DNA from: Candidatus Woesearchaeota archaeon
GTDB taxonomy: Archaea; Nanobdellota; Nanobdellia; Woesearchaeales; UBA583
Length of the DNA stretch: 64,000 bases
Reading direction: 5' to 3'
Assembly (NCBI GenBank): GCA_965205335.1
Contig: OZ242164.1
Coordinates: 544,001 to 608,000, forward strand
The number at the start of each line of letters is the position of its first letter. Position 1 is the stretch's first letter. The position numbers were made by a program, and so were the translations under genes. The notes under the pieces are model-generated. The model ran no database searches. It was not told the DNA's origin and was given only the letters and a program-made list of their open reading frames with translations. Positions 10,303 to 20,801 of the stretch are shown here, piece after piece.

Positions 10303-10533
10303 TTAATCTATCTTATACACTCCAAAATCCTCAAAATATTCTCCTTTAGACTTTGCATTTTCCTCTTTTAACTTACTTAAAAACGCCGCTGCATCTTTTG
10401 AATCCTCCGACTTATAATAAACCCTCAAATTACTAAAAACTCTCGTCTTTGAGCATCTCTGACACTTAAAAACCTTAGATGTTCCACTTACTGCAAGCAA
10501 ATAACAATTCGGACACTTAACTACTCTAAACAC
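10303..10533 (-). CDS. small Zn-ribbon protein (DUF1922-like)
   Basis: CPNC...CQRC at the N-terminus. Confidence 0.6.
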   Translation of the reverse strand: MFRVVKCPNCYLLAVSGTSKVFKCQRCSKTRVFSNLRVYYKSEDSKDAAAFLSKLKEENAKSKGEYFEDFGVYKID

Positions 10534-11032
10534 CCTCTATCTCAAACTCACGCCTACCCCTCCTTTTATCTGATATACTCCTATAAATCTCAGACAAACT
10601 CCTTGCCTGACGCGTCATAAGACTAATCAAATAGTCATTAAACATAACATAATCAACTGTTCTTGTAATAGTATCATCAATAATTGTTACTATAAAACTT
10701 TCTATATTAACATCAAATGAAATCTCTTGCTTCTTAAAACCCCAATTAACCTTTAAAACAATTATCAAATCTTCCAAATCATAATACCATGTCTTAATTT
10801 CATCTTCATCTTCATTTAAAATCACAACTGACACAAACTCTCTAAATTCACTTGGTAGAAACCGTTTCAGAAAATCTTCTATAACCAAAGTCCTACTACT
10901 CTCTAAAAACTCAATTGCCTTTCTATTTCTATTCAAATAAAAAAACTCAGTAAACAAATCCTTATTAACAAGCTTCTTATTCTTCTTTTTGAACTGCCTC
11001 AAAATAAACTCAGTCTTTTCGCTTCTGTCCAT
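10526..11032 (-). CDS. hypothetical protein
   Basis: 168-aa ORF overlapping the downstream gene; TATA-like sequence upstream. Confidence 0.6.
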   Translation of the reverse strand: MDRSEKTEFILRQFKKKNKKLVNKDLFTEFFYLNRNRKAIEFLESSRTLVIEDFLKRFLPSEFREFVSVVILNEDEDEIKTWYYDLEDLIIVLKVNWGFKKQEISFDVNIESFIVTIIDDTITRTVDYVMFNDYLISLMTRQARSLSEIYRSISDKRRGRREFEIEGV

Positions 11033-11118
11033 ATTTGAAACTTTAACTTCATTATTTTTAAATATTTGCTTTTAAAAAAAGATATTACATAATACAATTG
11101 CAAAAATTACTTACATAC

Positions 11119-12102
11119 TGTGTTGTCCTAATTCTTTTTCCCACTTTTATTATCTCCAATCATTTTTATAAACCTACCTAATGTCCATGGCATTAATTCA
11201 CGCCAGAACACTTGTTCAGGCGTATCAAAATCCAAGCTACCATGCGGTCTATGATTATACCAGTCCATAAATTCATTAAATGTATTGAATTTCTGTCTAT
11301 GAAGTTCATAGGTATGATTCCACTTCTCAAACTTACCATTGGTTTGAGGGTGTTTATATCTACATTTTGAATGTATAATTTCTAACCTGGCAAGAACTCT
11401 TTGGAACTCAGATATGCCTTGCTGCTTACCCTCTTGCTTATTTGCATAAAACTGACTGCCTCTATCAGTCAAACAAACATCAATTGGTTTTATATGCAAA
11501 TACGTTTTGTAAGCTTGTTTGATCAACCCAATATTGTGTTTTGCTTCTTCTTTTTTGAACTCACCCCCACAAAGGATTTTCCTTGATTTATCATCTAAGA
11601 CTGCACACATCCACATTTGCAAATGTGAATTATAATGCCAATCCATATGAACCATATCTAAAGACCATGGTTTTTCATAACGAATCCATGGCTTTCTTCT
11701 CTTTTGTTTTCTAGGATTGGCAATTGCTTTATTATTTGCAAGTAACACAATATGAACATAGTTATTTGCAATTTTAAAGTTTTCTTTCTTACGCAGATAT
11801 TGACAAATGTAATTTGCTCCAAACCCTAGTTTTGAATGCAAAGAAAGAATTCTTCTTTCTAAACTTCTAGGATAGACTCTTTTTGGTTTCATGCCATTCT
11901 TCTGTAAAACAGGAAGTAACCCTGTTTTCTTAAATTCTAAGAAAAGTTGATTAACTCTTCTTTTACTAATATTGAACTGCTTAGCAATAAAAACAGATGA
12001 AACACCTTTATTCTTACGCTTAATTATCTTTTCAATGTCCAAAGCATTTAGTTTCATAAAAGACTCAATTTCCAAGGTGGGAAATTTTTTGCGGACAATA
12101 CA
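11119..12102 (-). mobile_element. IS481-family insertion sequence (984 bp) with 16-bp flanking direct repeat
   Basis: Imperfect IRs TGTGTTGTCC...TTTCCCAC and TGTATTGTCC...TTTCCCAC; AAAATTACTTACATAC at 11103-11118 and 12103-12118. Confidence 0.88.
11128..12057 (-). CDS. IS481-family DDE transposase
   Basis: N-terminal HTH; HMDWH, DDKSR, TDRGSQF, PQTNGKFEKW and YNHRPHGSL motifs; start moved to the ATG inside the IR. Confidence 0.9.
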   Translation of the reverse strand: MKLNALDIEKIIKRKNKGVSSVFIAKQFNISKRRVNQLFLEFKKTGLLPVLQKNGMKPKRVYPRSLERRILSLHSKLGFGANYICQYLRKKENFKIANNYVHIVLLANNKAIANPRKQKRRKPWIRYEKPWSLDMVHMDWHYNSHLQMWMCAVLDDKSRKILCGGEFKKEEAKHNIGLIKQAYKTYLHIKPIDVCLTDRGSQFYANKQEGKQQGISEFQRVLARLEIIHSKCRYKHPQTNGKFEKWNHTYELHRQKFNTFNEFMDWYNHRPHGSLDFDTPEQVFWRELMPWTLGRFIKMIGDNKSGKKN

Positions 12103-12172
12103 AAAATTACTTACATACCACATTCTTTATAAATACCAATCTATTCTCGCAATAATAAAAGAGTAAAACAAG

Positions 12173-15022
12173 ATGAGTGGAAATTTTTTTGATAAGAGTA
12201 TTTTAGAATCATCATACGAAGAAGAATATGAGAGTATAAAAGATTACGATAAACTAACTTACTATTTGAAAAAAACTGAGAACCTATATAGTTTTCATTG
12301 CGAAATAAATGGACAAAGACTAAACCAAGGAGAACTAAAAGCTCTCATCAAACTAAACGAAAACAAAAAAATCATGAACGAATCAGATGCAGAATTACTA
12401 ACATACATAATCCATAAAATAAGTCCAATTCAGACAATATACAAACTATCCACAGACATAGAAGTAATCATCAAATACTTAGCCAACTGTAAATTTAAAT
12501 TCTTCCTTAACGACAAAGAATCAAAAGTTGTATCAAAAAACAAAAAACTTGACCTAAACCTCTACATTGGCAAAGATTCAAACATAAAACTAGACATACT
12601 AAACAAAGGTGGATTTTTTTGGGGAAACTACGAAGCCTTCTACGTTGAAGATCAAACAATCATGCCAATCTCAGATGAACTACCCCTTAAACTTTACAAA
12701 GAAATAATTGATGGGAATAACAAATTCTCAATAGAAACATTCTTCCAGATAAAAAATTCAATAATTCCAAAACTAAAAAAACTGCATAACTTAAAAATCT
12801 CGGATGAAATTGAAAAACTATCAAGCCTTTCAATAGAAGAAAAAATTGCCCCCTACATTTTAGAAATTGGAAAATCCGTTCACTTCATCACCTTTCACCT
12901 AAAATACAAAATAGGCGATGAACTCTTTAACATTGAAGATTACAAATACCTTGAAACAATTAACTGGATGAACAAACCCAATCTAATCAAAATAACAAAA
13001 GAAGACTCCGGACTTATCAAATACATCTCTGACGAAAAACTCTCAGAGCACACAATTGATACAATATTTGAAGGAGTTAGAATTAAATACAGCAAAAACC
13101 AAAAATCACCCTTCTCAATAATGGTTCCTATCTCAAGTCTTGAAACAGTTGTCAAAAAAGTTCTGCCAAAAGCTCACAAGACATTTCAAATTGAATACAA
13201 AGAAGGACAGAAACTAACTCTGTCCAACTCAAATGTAAAATTTGAAATTGACACGAACCTAAAAAAAAACCTTAACTTATTTGAATTTAAAGTTCGCTTT
13301 AAAATTGGAGACGAATTCTTTGACATTGAATTCTTAAAAGAAATTATGTCCAAAAACAGAAAACACGTTCAACTAAAAGACGGTAGAACTGTAAACATTG
13401 AAAACTTTCGTGACATTAACAAATGGATTGAATTTTTAAATAAATTTGAATTTAAAAGAACAGAAAAAACTTACAAAGCCCAAAGCAGCAGTGCCCTTGA
13501 ACTTAACGAATTTCTAAAAAATATTGAAGGAACAAAAGTTACATCAAACGAAGATTACAAGAATATGATTACAGAAGTAAAAGATAGGACTCCAATTGAG
13601 CCCATCAAAATCCCAAAGCAAGTTTCCAATGTCCTTCGTGACTATCAAATAGATGGAGTTTACTGGATGTATTTTCTAAAAAAATATGGCTTCGGAGGAA
13701 TCTTAGCTGATGAAATGGGCCTTGGAAAAACCATTCAGGCTCTAACTGTTTTAAGTATGAACAATAACAATGGGACTCATTTAGTCGTATGTCCTAAATC
13801 TCTCATCTACAACTGGGAAAATGAAATCAAAAAATTCCTTCCTGATATGAAAGTTTTAATTATTGATAAAGACCAAGAAAAAAGAAAAAAACTAATTAAA
13901 ACTGCAAACAACTATGACATAGTTATAACCTCATACTCTATTCTGCAAAGAGACTACTCTTATTACGACGAAAATAAAATCATATTTAATTATCAAATTT
14001 TAGATGAAGCTCATTACATTAAAAACATAAAAACTCTCTCATCAAAAGCTGTTAGAGTAATTAATGCTAAAAGAAAAGTATTACTAACAGGAACCCCTCT
14101 TGAGAACAACTTAGATGAATTATTTGGAACATTTGAATTAATTATGCCAGGATATTTAGGAACTAAGACTGAATTCAGAAATAATTTTGTTGCAAAAATC
14201 GAAAGAAACAACCAGATAGCCCTTGACATCTTGCAGGCAAAAATCAGACCTTTCATTTTGCGTAGAACAAAAAATGAGGTTTTAAAAGAATTACCTGACA
14301 AGCAAGAACAAATAGTATATAACGAGATGACTAATAAACAGATAGGAGTATACAATGAAATCCTTAATCGTGTTAAAAGCGAAGTTAACATACTAATTGA
14401 AAAACAGGGATTTGAAAAATCAAGAATTCAGGTTTTATCTGCTCTTTTGAAACTAAGACAAGTATGCAACCATCCTTCCCTTGTTGATAAATCCTTTTCA
14501 GGTGAAGTTGGTATCTCTGGAAAACATGAACAATTTAAAGAACTTCTCTCAGAAGTTATTGCATCAGGTGAGAAAGTCCTCGTATTTAGTCAATTCACAT
14601 CAATGCTTAACATCTTTGAAAAAGACTTAAATGAAAGAGATATTACTTTCTCCCGATTAGATGGTTCTACAAAAAATCGCCAAGAAGTCGTTGATGAATT
14701 TAACAATAACAAATCAATCTCAGTTTTTTTAATTTCACTTAAAGCAGGAGGAGTTGGACTGAATTTGACCTCTGCAAGTGTTGTATTCTTATATGACCCT
14801 TGGTGGAATCCTATGGTAGAACAACAAGCAGTTGATCGTGCTCACAGAATAGGACAAAAGAAAAAAGTTAACATCTACAAATTCATTACAAAAAATTCAA
14901 TTGAAGAGAAAATTCTCAAACTGCAAGAAAGAAAAGGAAACCTATTTGAGAACTTAGTTGTAGAAGATTCGGGATTTATGAAAAGACTTGAATGGGAAGA
15001 TTTAATGGAACTATTTGATTAA
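12173..15022 (+). CDS. SNF2-family helicase/translocase
   Basis: LADEMGLGKT, DEAH, LTGTPLEN, SLKAGGVGLNL and QAVDRAHRIGQ motifs. Confidence 0.93.
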   Translation: MSGNFFDKSILESSYEEEYESIKDYDKLTYYLKKTENLYSFHCEINGQRLNQGELKALIKLNENKKIMNESDAELLTYIIHKISPIQTIYKLSTDIEVIIKYLANCKFKFFLNDKESKVVSKNKKLDLNLYIGKDSNIKLDILNKGGFFWGNYEAFYVEDQTIMPISDELPLKLYKEIIDGNNKFSIETFFQIKNSIIPKLKKLHNLKISDEIEKLSSLSIEEKIAPYILEIGKSVHFITFHLKYKIGDELFNIEDYKYLETINWMNKPNLIKITKEDSGLIKYISDEKLSEHTIDTIFEGVRIKYSKNQKSPFSIMVPISSLETVVKKVLPKAHKTFQIEYKEGQKLTLSNSNVKFEIDTNLKKNLNLFEFKVRFKIGDEFFDIEFLKEIMSKNRKHVQLKDGRTVNIENFRDINKWIEFLNKFEFKRTEKTYKAQSSSALELNEFLKNIEGTKVTSNEDYKNMITEVKDRTPIEPIKIPKQVSNVLRDYQIDGVYWMYFLKKYGFGGILADEMGLGKTIQALTVLSMNNNNGTHLVVCPKSLIYNWENEIKKFLPDMKVLIIDKDQEKRKKLIKTANNYDIVITSYSILQRDYSYYDENKIIFNYQILDEAHYIKNIKTLSSKAVRVINAKRKVLLTGTPLENNLDELFGTFELIMPGYLGTKTEFRNNFVAKIERNNQIALDILQAKIRPFILRRTKNEVLKELPDKQEQIVYNEMTNKQIGVYNEILNRVKSEVNILIEKQGFEKSRIQVLSALLKLRQVCNHPSLVDKSFSGEVGISGKHEQFKELLSEVIASGEKVLVFSQFTSMLNIFEKDLNERDITFSRLDGSTKNRQEVVDEFNNNKSISVFLISLKAGGVGLNLTSASVVFLYDPWWNPMVEQQAVDRAHRIGQKKKVNIYKFITKNSIEEKILKLQERKGNLFENLVVEDSGFMKRLEWEDLMELFD

Positions 15023-15057
15023 TATAAAAATTCTATTTATTTCAGAATTAAAAAAAA

Positions 15058-15546
15058 CTAACCACTTTGAGTTAGCCCTAACTTAAATTTATTTGCTAAA
15101 TCATTTAACTCATCTTCTGATAACTTCTCCCCTTTTAGATTAAAATCCAAGCCATCATGTTCATATCGTGGTATAACATGCATCATAAAATGAGAAGACT
15201 GCTGACCTGCTGCTTTCCCGTTCGCTATAAAAACAGTTGTATCCTTGCACTGCATACTCTCTTTCAATAAATCCGCTAAATATTTTGAAATAACAGACAG
15301 ATGCCCCAAAACCTCATCAGAAACCATAGGAAGCATCATATAATGTTCTTTGGGAATAAGCAGAAGATGTCCATTAGTTGCAGGATTTATATCAAGAACT
15401 GCAAAACAAATATCATCTTCAAAAACTATCTTTGCATCCATCTCCTTTGATGCCATCTTACAGAAAACACAATTATCCTTCATTAACTGCATTCTCTTCT
15501 GCACTTCTTCCGAAGATAACTGCTCTCCGTTTCCTTGCTCTGCCAT
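15058..15546 (-). CDS. HIT family protein with degenerate triad
   Basis: CVFC and GHLLLIPKEH present, but HFMMHVIP replaces HxHxH. Confidence 0.85.
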   Translation of the reverse strand: MAEQGNGEQLSSEEVQKRMQLMKDNCVFCKMASKEMDAKIVFEDDICFAVLDINPATNGHLLLIPKEHYMMLPMVSDEVLGHLSVISKYLADLLKESMQCKDTTVFIANGKAAGQQSSHFMMHVIPRYEHDGLDFNLKGEKLSEDELNDLANKFKLGLTQSG

Positions 15547-15659
15547 AAAATATCACAATAGCATTAATATATAAAACTTTGTTGTATAATTACAACGACA
15601 AAGAATTGAAAATACTAAATGAATTCCATAGAGATCCCACCAAGTTCAAAAACCAATTC

Positions 15660-16868
15660 TTAAAATAACCCCAATATCCCATACAATAAAGAAGGCCATA
15701 TCGTAAAAACAATTAAAACCAAACTAATCCAAGAAATAACATGATACACATTCAGAGCAGTTTTCTCTTTAAACTTCTTTTCAAGAAGAGTCTTGGCTAT
15801 CTGTCCCCCATCTGTAATCCATATAGGAAGCAGATTCATCAATCCAATTGCAATATTCAAAAACCAAATCCAAAAAATAGCTCTCTCAAAACCAATAGGA
15901 AAACTTCCTAAAAACCCATATCCTTCCTTTGGTTCTGTATCTACACCAACGCCAGTTATCCCTATCATACCCTTTCCTTCTACACTTGGATTCTCAAACG
16001 TTACAATACTATAATTAGTTACAAGACCTCCTTCAAGCAAAGTCAAATCAATAGTCTCATTAACTGAAAGATTACTTATCTTCTCCAAAATAACCCCTAC
16101 ATCTTCCTCACCATTTAAAGAAATAATTTCTCCTGACATCACCCCATACCCATACAGAGAACTCTCATTCATTGTATTTTGAAACGTAATACTACTAGCA
16201 TCCATTGTATTATCAACTAAAGGCACAGCCGCAAAAACCCATACAAGAAAAAACAAAAATCCGAAAATAAAATTAGAAGTAGAACCTGCCCCAAGAACTG
16301 CAATCTTCTGCCACTTCGGTTTCTTATCCATCTGTCTCTCATCGGGCTCAACAAATGCTGCGGGAACAATAGGAGCAAGAATTCCCAAAAAAGCAAATCC
16401 ACTTGACTTAACCTTTATATTAAACCTCTCAGCAATCACCCCATGAGCAAATTCATGAACAATCGCAAGTACAAATATCGCTATAATCCAATACCAGAAA
16501 GGAACAAAAAAGATTGGAACTGCATTATCAAGCCCCTTCTCTGTCTGAATAGGAAGAACCAAACCTCCTCCTGCACTCATCTCATTCTCAACAATAAACA
16601 ACAACTGCCAGAACATGAAAACAAACATAAACACCACACCAACAACTCCAACAAATATTGCCAAATATGCAAGATAAAGAAATATCTTTGGATGCTTCTT
16701 TGACCACTTATCCATCCTATTAAGCCCTAACTTAGTTCTATATATCATCATATAAAAAATAGGAAAAGCCCCAGATATACTGAGATTCTTCCTTTTAACA
16801 AACAGAAAAAGAGTCAACAACATAACAAAAATTACAAACACAATATTATTTGAAATAAATTCAATCAT
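15660..16868 (-). CDS. site-2 protease (M50) family membrane metalloprotease
   Basis: HEFAH and NLLPIWITDGG motifs; multiple TM segments; start moved to MIEFISNN. Confidence 0.9.
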   Translation of the reverse strand: MIEFISNNIVFVIFVMLLTLFLFVKRKNLSISGAFPIFYMMIYRTKLGLNRMDKWSKKHPKIFLYLAYLAIFVGVVGVVFMFVFMFWQLLFIVENEMSAGGGLVLPIQTEKGLDNAVPIFFVPFWYWIIAIFVLAIVHEFAHGVIAERFNIKVKSSGFAFLGILAPIVPAAFVEPDERQMDKKPKWQKIAVLGAGSTSNFIFGFLFFLVWVFAAVPLVDNTMDASSITFQNTMNESSLYGYGVMSGEIISLNGEEDVGVILEKISNLSVNETIDLTLLEGGLVTNYSIVTFENPSVEGKGMIGITGVGVDTEPKEGYGFLGSFPIGFERAIFWIWFLNIAIGLMNLLPIWITDGGQIAKTLLEKKFKEKTALNVYHVISWISLVLIVFTIWPSLLYGILGLF

Positions 16869-16961
16869 AAATAATATCACTTGCACTTGTTTAAAAATAT
16901 TTACATTTATGACAACACCAATAAAACTAAAATTTATAAATTTCAAAAATAGAGAAACTAT

Positions 16962-17633
16962 ATGGAGTTTAAAACATACATAAAAAAATATTCAGACAGA
17001 ATCCAAAGAATTGAGAAATTATTTCATCTAAAAGAGTTGAAAGTAAGTTACGATGTACTATCATCTAAAATAAGAAAAACCGAAAGAGAACTACTATACT
17101 TTGAATACTATGGAGTTGATGAAAGTGGAATATTCATATTCGGATTTGACTTTTTCATCAAAGAATTTGATGAACAAAACTTTAAAAAATACTTAGGAAT
17201 GAACCCTTTAAATATCAAAATCTATCACGCTTATAGCCACCTTGCAAAAAAACAAAAAAAAGTAAAAATATCCCAAATCCTGAACTTTATTCAAGACAAA
17301 AAAAAAGATTCTCTTGACATTCACAAATTCCTAAGAAGAATTCTAACTCTGGCATATTACTTCAAATGGGAATTAGAACAAGACAAAAAAGACTTAGAAG
17401 GAGACTACTTTCTGAAAATGCCTGACAAATTTTTAGTTAAAGTAAAACAAAGATTTAATTTTGATAAGATTACTTCAGTTTACGAAGATGAAAATATTTT
17501 CATATTTCTAAACACAAGAGGAAAACTTAACTTAGTTTTCAAAGAAATTGACCAATTCACTAAAAAAGATATTGAAAAACACGTTATTCCTGCTTTGAAG
17601 AATACATTTGGAATTAAAAAAATTACAACTTAG
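16962..17633 (+). CDS. hypothetical protein
   Basis: 223-aa ORF with upstream TATA box; no recognised motif. Confidence 0.6.
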   Translation: MEFKTYIKKYSDRIQRIEKLFHLKELKVSYDVLSSKIRKTERELLYFEYYGVDESGIFIFGFDFFIKEFDEQNFKKYLGMNPLNIKIYHAYSHLAKKQKKVKISQILNFIQDKKKDSLDIHKFLRRILTLAYYFKWELEQDKKDLEGDYFLKMPDKFLVKVKQRFNFDKITSVYEDENIFIFLNTRGKLNLVFKEIDQFTKKDIEKHVIPALKNTFGIKKITT

Positions 17634-17638
17634 AGGTT

Positions 17639-18382
17639 TTGCAGAAATTGTTTATATTAGAAAAATCAAAAATTGAATTTCCTAAAAAGACCACAATAAA
17701 AAATAAGGTCTTTTACATAGAAGTTATATTCTCAGAAAAGAAAACATCCTCCGTTAGAATAAAAGATGACAAACTAATTTTCAGACTATCTTCTTACCTA
17801 TCAAGAAAACAAGCCCAAATCCACTTCACAGAACTACTTGAAAAAATCACTCGCAGAATTTTAAAAGATGACACCAAAAACTTCATGCCTAACAAAAGTT
17901 TTCAGGAAATCTTTGAAAAAGGAGAATTCATATTTTCAAATGAAAAATACACATTTGAACTCACAAACAAAATTAGAGGAATTAAACTAAAAGAAAATAC
18001 ATTCTATGTGCACACTGCTTCTAATTTAGAAAACATAGAAAAAAAAGTAATTAAATTCCTAATTGAAAAATACAAACAAAAACTATATAACTATATTAAA
18101 ACATATAACTCAAATACATTTAACTATAAGATAAACGGCTTTGATTTAAAATTACTTAATTCCAAATGGGGGCACTGCACTCATAATAACAAAATTATGC
18201 TTAATCTTAAACTCCTAAACGCAAAACCAGACATTCTAAACTATATCATATGCCACGAATTAGCACATATCAAAACTAAAAACCACTCCCAAAAATTCTG
18301 GGACGAAGTATCTAAATTCTGTCCTAACTATAAAATATTAAGAAAAGAACTAAAAGCAAATCCTTGTGAGGTATTTAATTAA
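17639..18382 (+). CDS. YgjP/DUF45 (SprT-like) zinc metallohydrolase
   Basis: KWGHC and YIICHELAH...NHSQKFW motifs. Confidence 0.85.
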   Translation: MQKLFILEKSKIEFPKKTTIKNKVFYIEVIFSEKKTSSVRIKDDKLIFRLSSYLSRKQAQIHFTELLEKITRRILKDDTKNFMPNKSFQEIFEKGEFIFSNEKYTFELTNKIRGIKLKENTFYVHTASNLENIEKKVIKFLIEKYKQKLYNYIKTYNSNTFNYKINGFDLKLLNSKWGHCTHNNKIMLNLKLLNAKPDILNYIICHELAHIKTKNHSQKFWDEVSKFCPNYKILRKELKANPCEVFN

Positions 18383-18383
18383 T

Positions 18384-19304
18384 ATGAAAAGAAAATTTAA
18401 TCCGAGATGGAGTAGAGAACTCAACCTAAGAGAAAATGAATATGAAATTCAATCAGATTTTAAACTCATCTTATCCCTACTAAAAGAACTCCTCTTTTAC
18501 ATCATAATGCTTATTCCAAATCTTGCTGCAATGCTACTTTATTTAATTATAGGAAGAACCGATAAGGCCGGTGAATTTTTTTCAAAAATATTTCTTGAAC
18601 CATTTAAAATATTTGCAAAAATAACCCAATGGTTTTTTCAGGCAAAATACACAGGATTTCTAATTATCTTCTTATTTGCCATCTTTATAATCCAAATTCT
18701 ATTTATTAACCAGAGCGAAACTCTTCTACAATCTCTAATGTCCCATCCTAATAACCTTGCAAATGGAAACTACTGGGGTGTTTTCACATCTTTATTTTTG
18801 CATGCTAACATTTCTCATCTGCTATCAAACCTATTAGCCCTCTTAGTATTTGGAAGAATTGTCGAAAAGCACTTTGGATTCAATGTCATTACAGCCTTTA
18901 TCTCAAGTGGAATAATTGCAAACATTGTTTCTAATTACATATGGCTATACCTAGGAGATATTGCATACAGCCTTGGAGCAAGTTCAGGTGTTGCAGGACT
19001 TATAATCCTTGCAATCCTTCTTGAACCATTTGCTATCACAAGCGTCTTTATCGTCCCACTCCCAATATTTTTAGTGGGATGGTTTCTAATTGCTCTTGAT
19101 TTGATTGGACTATCAAACCCATCCCAGACAAACCACTTGGCTCACCTAAGCGGTTATAGCACACTATTAATACTATTTTTCTTTTTAGAATTTAGAAATA
19201 GAAAAAAAATAAAATATGGACTGCTTATTAACTTAGGATTTCTTTTACTTGGATACTTAGTAATAAATCTCATAGGTATCAATTTCTTTAAAAAAATAAT
19301 ATGA
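18384..19304 (+). CDS. rhomboid intramembrane serine protease
   Basis: HANISHLLSN, GASSG and HLAHLSG motifs. Confidence 0.88.
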   Translation: MKRKFNPRWSRELNLRENEYEIQSDFKLILSLLKELLFYIIMLIPNLAAMLLYLIIGRTDKAGEFFSKIFLEPFKIFAKITQWFFQAKYTGFLIIFLFAIFIIQILFINQSETLLQSLMSHPNNLANGNYWGVFTSLFLHANISHLLSNLLALLVFGRIVEKHFGFNVITAFISSGIIANIVSNYIWLYLGDIAYSLGASSGVAGLIILAILLEPFAITSVFIVPLPIFLVGWFLIALDLIGLSNPSQTNHLAHLSGYSTLLILFFFLEFRNRKKIKYGLLINLGFLLLGYLVINLIGINFFKKII

Positions 19305-19327
19305 TAAAACTCAAATAATTTAAGAAA

Positions 19328-19843
19328 TCAAACTAAAGAATTGGACTTGCCAATGACTTCCTCATATTCTCTTATATTCCTCTTAAGAGCCTCAATCTTT
19401 CCTTCTTTATTTTCTTCATTCATTAAAGAAGAGCAAACAGGACATGAAAAATTTGATTCAAGGGCACTCTCAAACGACAGCCTCTTGCAAAAGTTTGGAC
19501 AAATGTAAAATATTGAAGTCTCCTCATTCTCTAATCTCTCTTTGAACTGTCCTAACTTTATTTTCTTCTCATTTCTATAAACAGTCTCAAAGTTCTGAGG
19601 TAAAACCCTCCAGTAATAAAGATACCAACCTTTTTCTTTATCCTTTCTTCTATCATAATCAATTAAGTTCCTTGATTTTAACTCATAAAGAATACTTCTA
19701 ATCTGTCCAACTGTTAATCCAATCTTCTCATTAATGTCAAATTCTGAATATCCGGGGTTCTTATACAAGCATTCCACAACCCGCGCCGCATCTTCTCCAA
19801 TTAATTCATATGTAATATCAAATAATCTGTTAGTGTCTACCAC
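19328..19843 (-). CDS. tfe: transcription factor E (TFE alpha)
   Basis: Winged helix, KGWYLYYW, CPNFC...F.CPVC; probable GTG start at 19843. Confidence 0.88.
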   Translation of the reverse strand: MVDTNRLFDITYELIGEDAARVVECLYKNPGYSEFDINEKIGLTVGQIRSILYELKSRNLIDYDRRKDKEKGWYLYYWRVLPQNFETVYRNEKKIKLGQFKERLENEETSIFYICPNFCKRLSFESALESNFSCPVCSSLMNEENKEGKIEALKRNIREYEEVIGKSNSLV

Positions 19844-19987
19844 GATTCTTAACTTATGGTTTTTTGGATTTATAAATATATCTATTTTAACAACATAATA
19901 GATATATATTAACATTTATTTAAAGTTGTGTTTAATAAGAGAGGACAAATATTTATAAATGATTCCAAGAAGCAAATAATGTAATAC

Positions 19988-20587
19988 ATGGCTTATAACA
20001 CTAACAAAAAGGGAGCACAAGGGATTGGAACACTTATTATTTTCATTACCTTAATTCTTGTGGCAGCAGCAGTAGCAGGTGTGTTAATACAAACTGCAAG
20101 TAGTCTTCAATCCAAATCTTTAGGTGTTGGAAGACAATCATTAGAGAAAGTAACAACCAATATTATAGTAATCCAAGTATACGCCAAAGACACAAGTGAT
20201 AGATATATTACAAACGACAAAGATAATCTCACAGTACTAATAAAACTTGAGGCAGGAAATGAACCGATTAAGTTTGAAGATTTGTTTATAAAAATTGAAA
20301 GTAATTATGGTGCAGCCTCTTACTCATACAATAGAGGAGGTGAAATTTTCGATTCTGATACATATAGTGCCAGACATATAAGTATAGACCCCAAAGCCTC
20401 CCAATACCTAAGTGATGGCAAAATTGCAGAAATAAAATTCACTTACAGTAGTGATTCTGCAAGCGCAGACATCGGAGAAGACGAAGCATTAACCCTATTA
20501 ATTGTGCATAAGAATGGAACTGTAAGACTTACTCAGATGACTACTCCCTCAGTAATGTTAAAAAAAATTACACACCTTTACCCATAA
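19988..20587 (+). CDS. flaB: archaellin-family protein
   Basis: Class III signal KKG/AQGIGTLIIFITLILVAAAVAGVLIQTASSLQSK. Confidence 0.82.
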   Translation: MAYNTNKKGAQGIGTLIIFITLILVAAAVAGVLIQTASSLQSKSLGVGRQSLEKVTTNIIVIQVYAKDTSDRYITNDKDNLTVLIKLEAGNEPIKFEDLFIKIESNYGAASYSYNRGGEIFDSDTYSARHISIDPKASQYLSDGKIAEIKFTYSSDSASADIGEDEALTLLIVHKNGTVRLTQMTTPSVMLKKITHLYP

Positions 20588-20801
20588 AATAAAATCCCTT
20601 TATCTTTTTTGATTCCTTCATTATTAATTCCCTTATTCCTTCTTTATCTCTTTATTAGTGTTACTATCTGCTAACAACAAATATTTAAAATACATTTTTA
20701 CAAATAGATAATATGAAATATACTAAAAATACTATATCTAAGGATAATCTACCATACTTTTTAAGATATAGTCTGAATTCAAGAGGAGGTGGAATTTTAA
20801 G

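Noticed and set aside
15660-19304. S2P, YgjP-like and rhomboid genes as a proteolytic signalling cluster
   Set aside because: Common genes in mixed orientation, with no substrate or regulator evident; proximity alone is not enough
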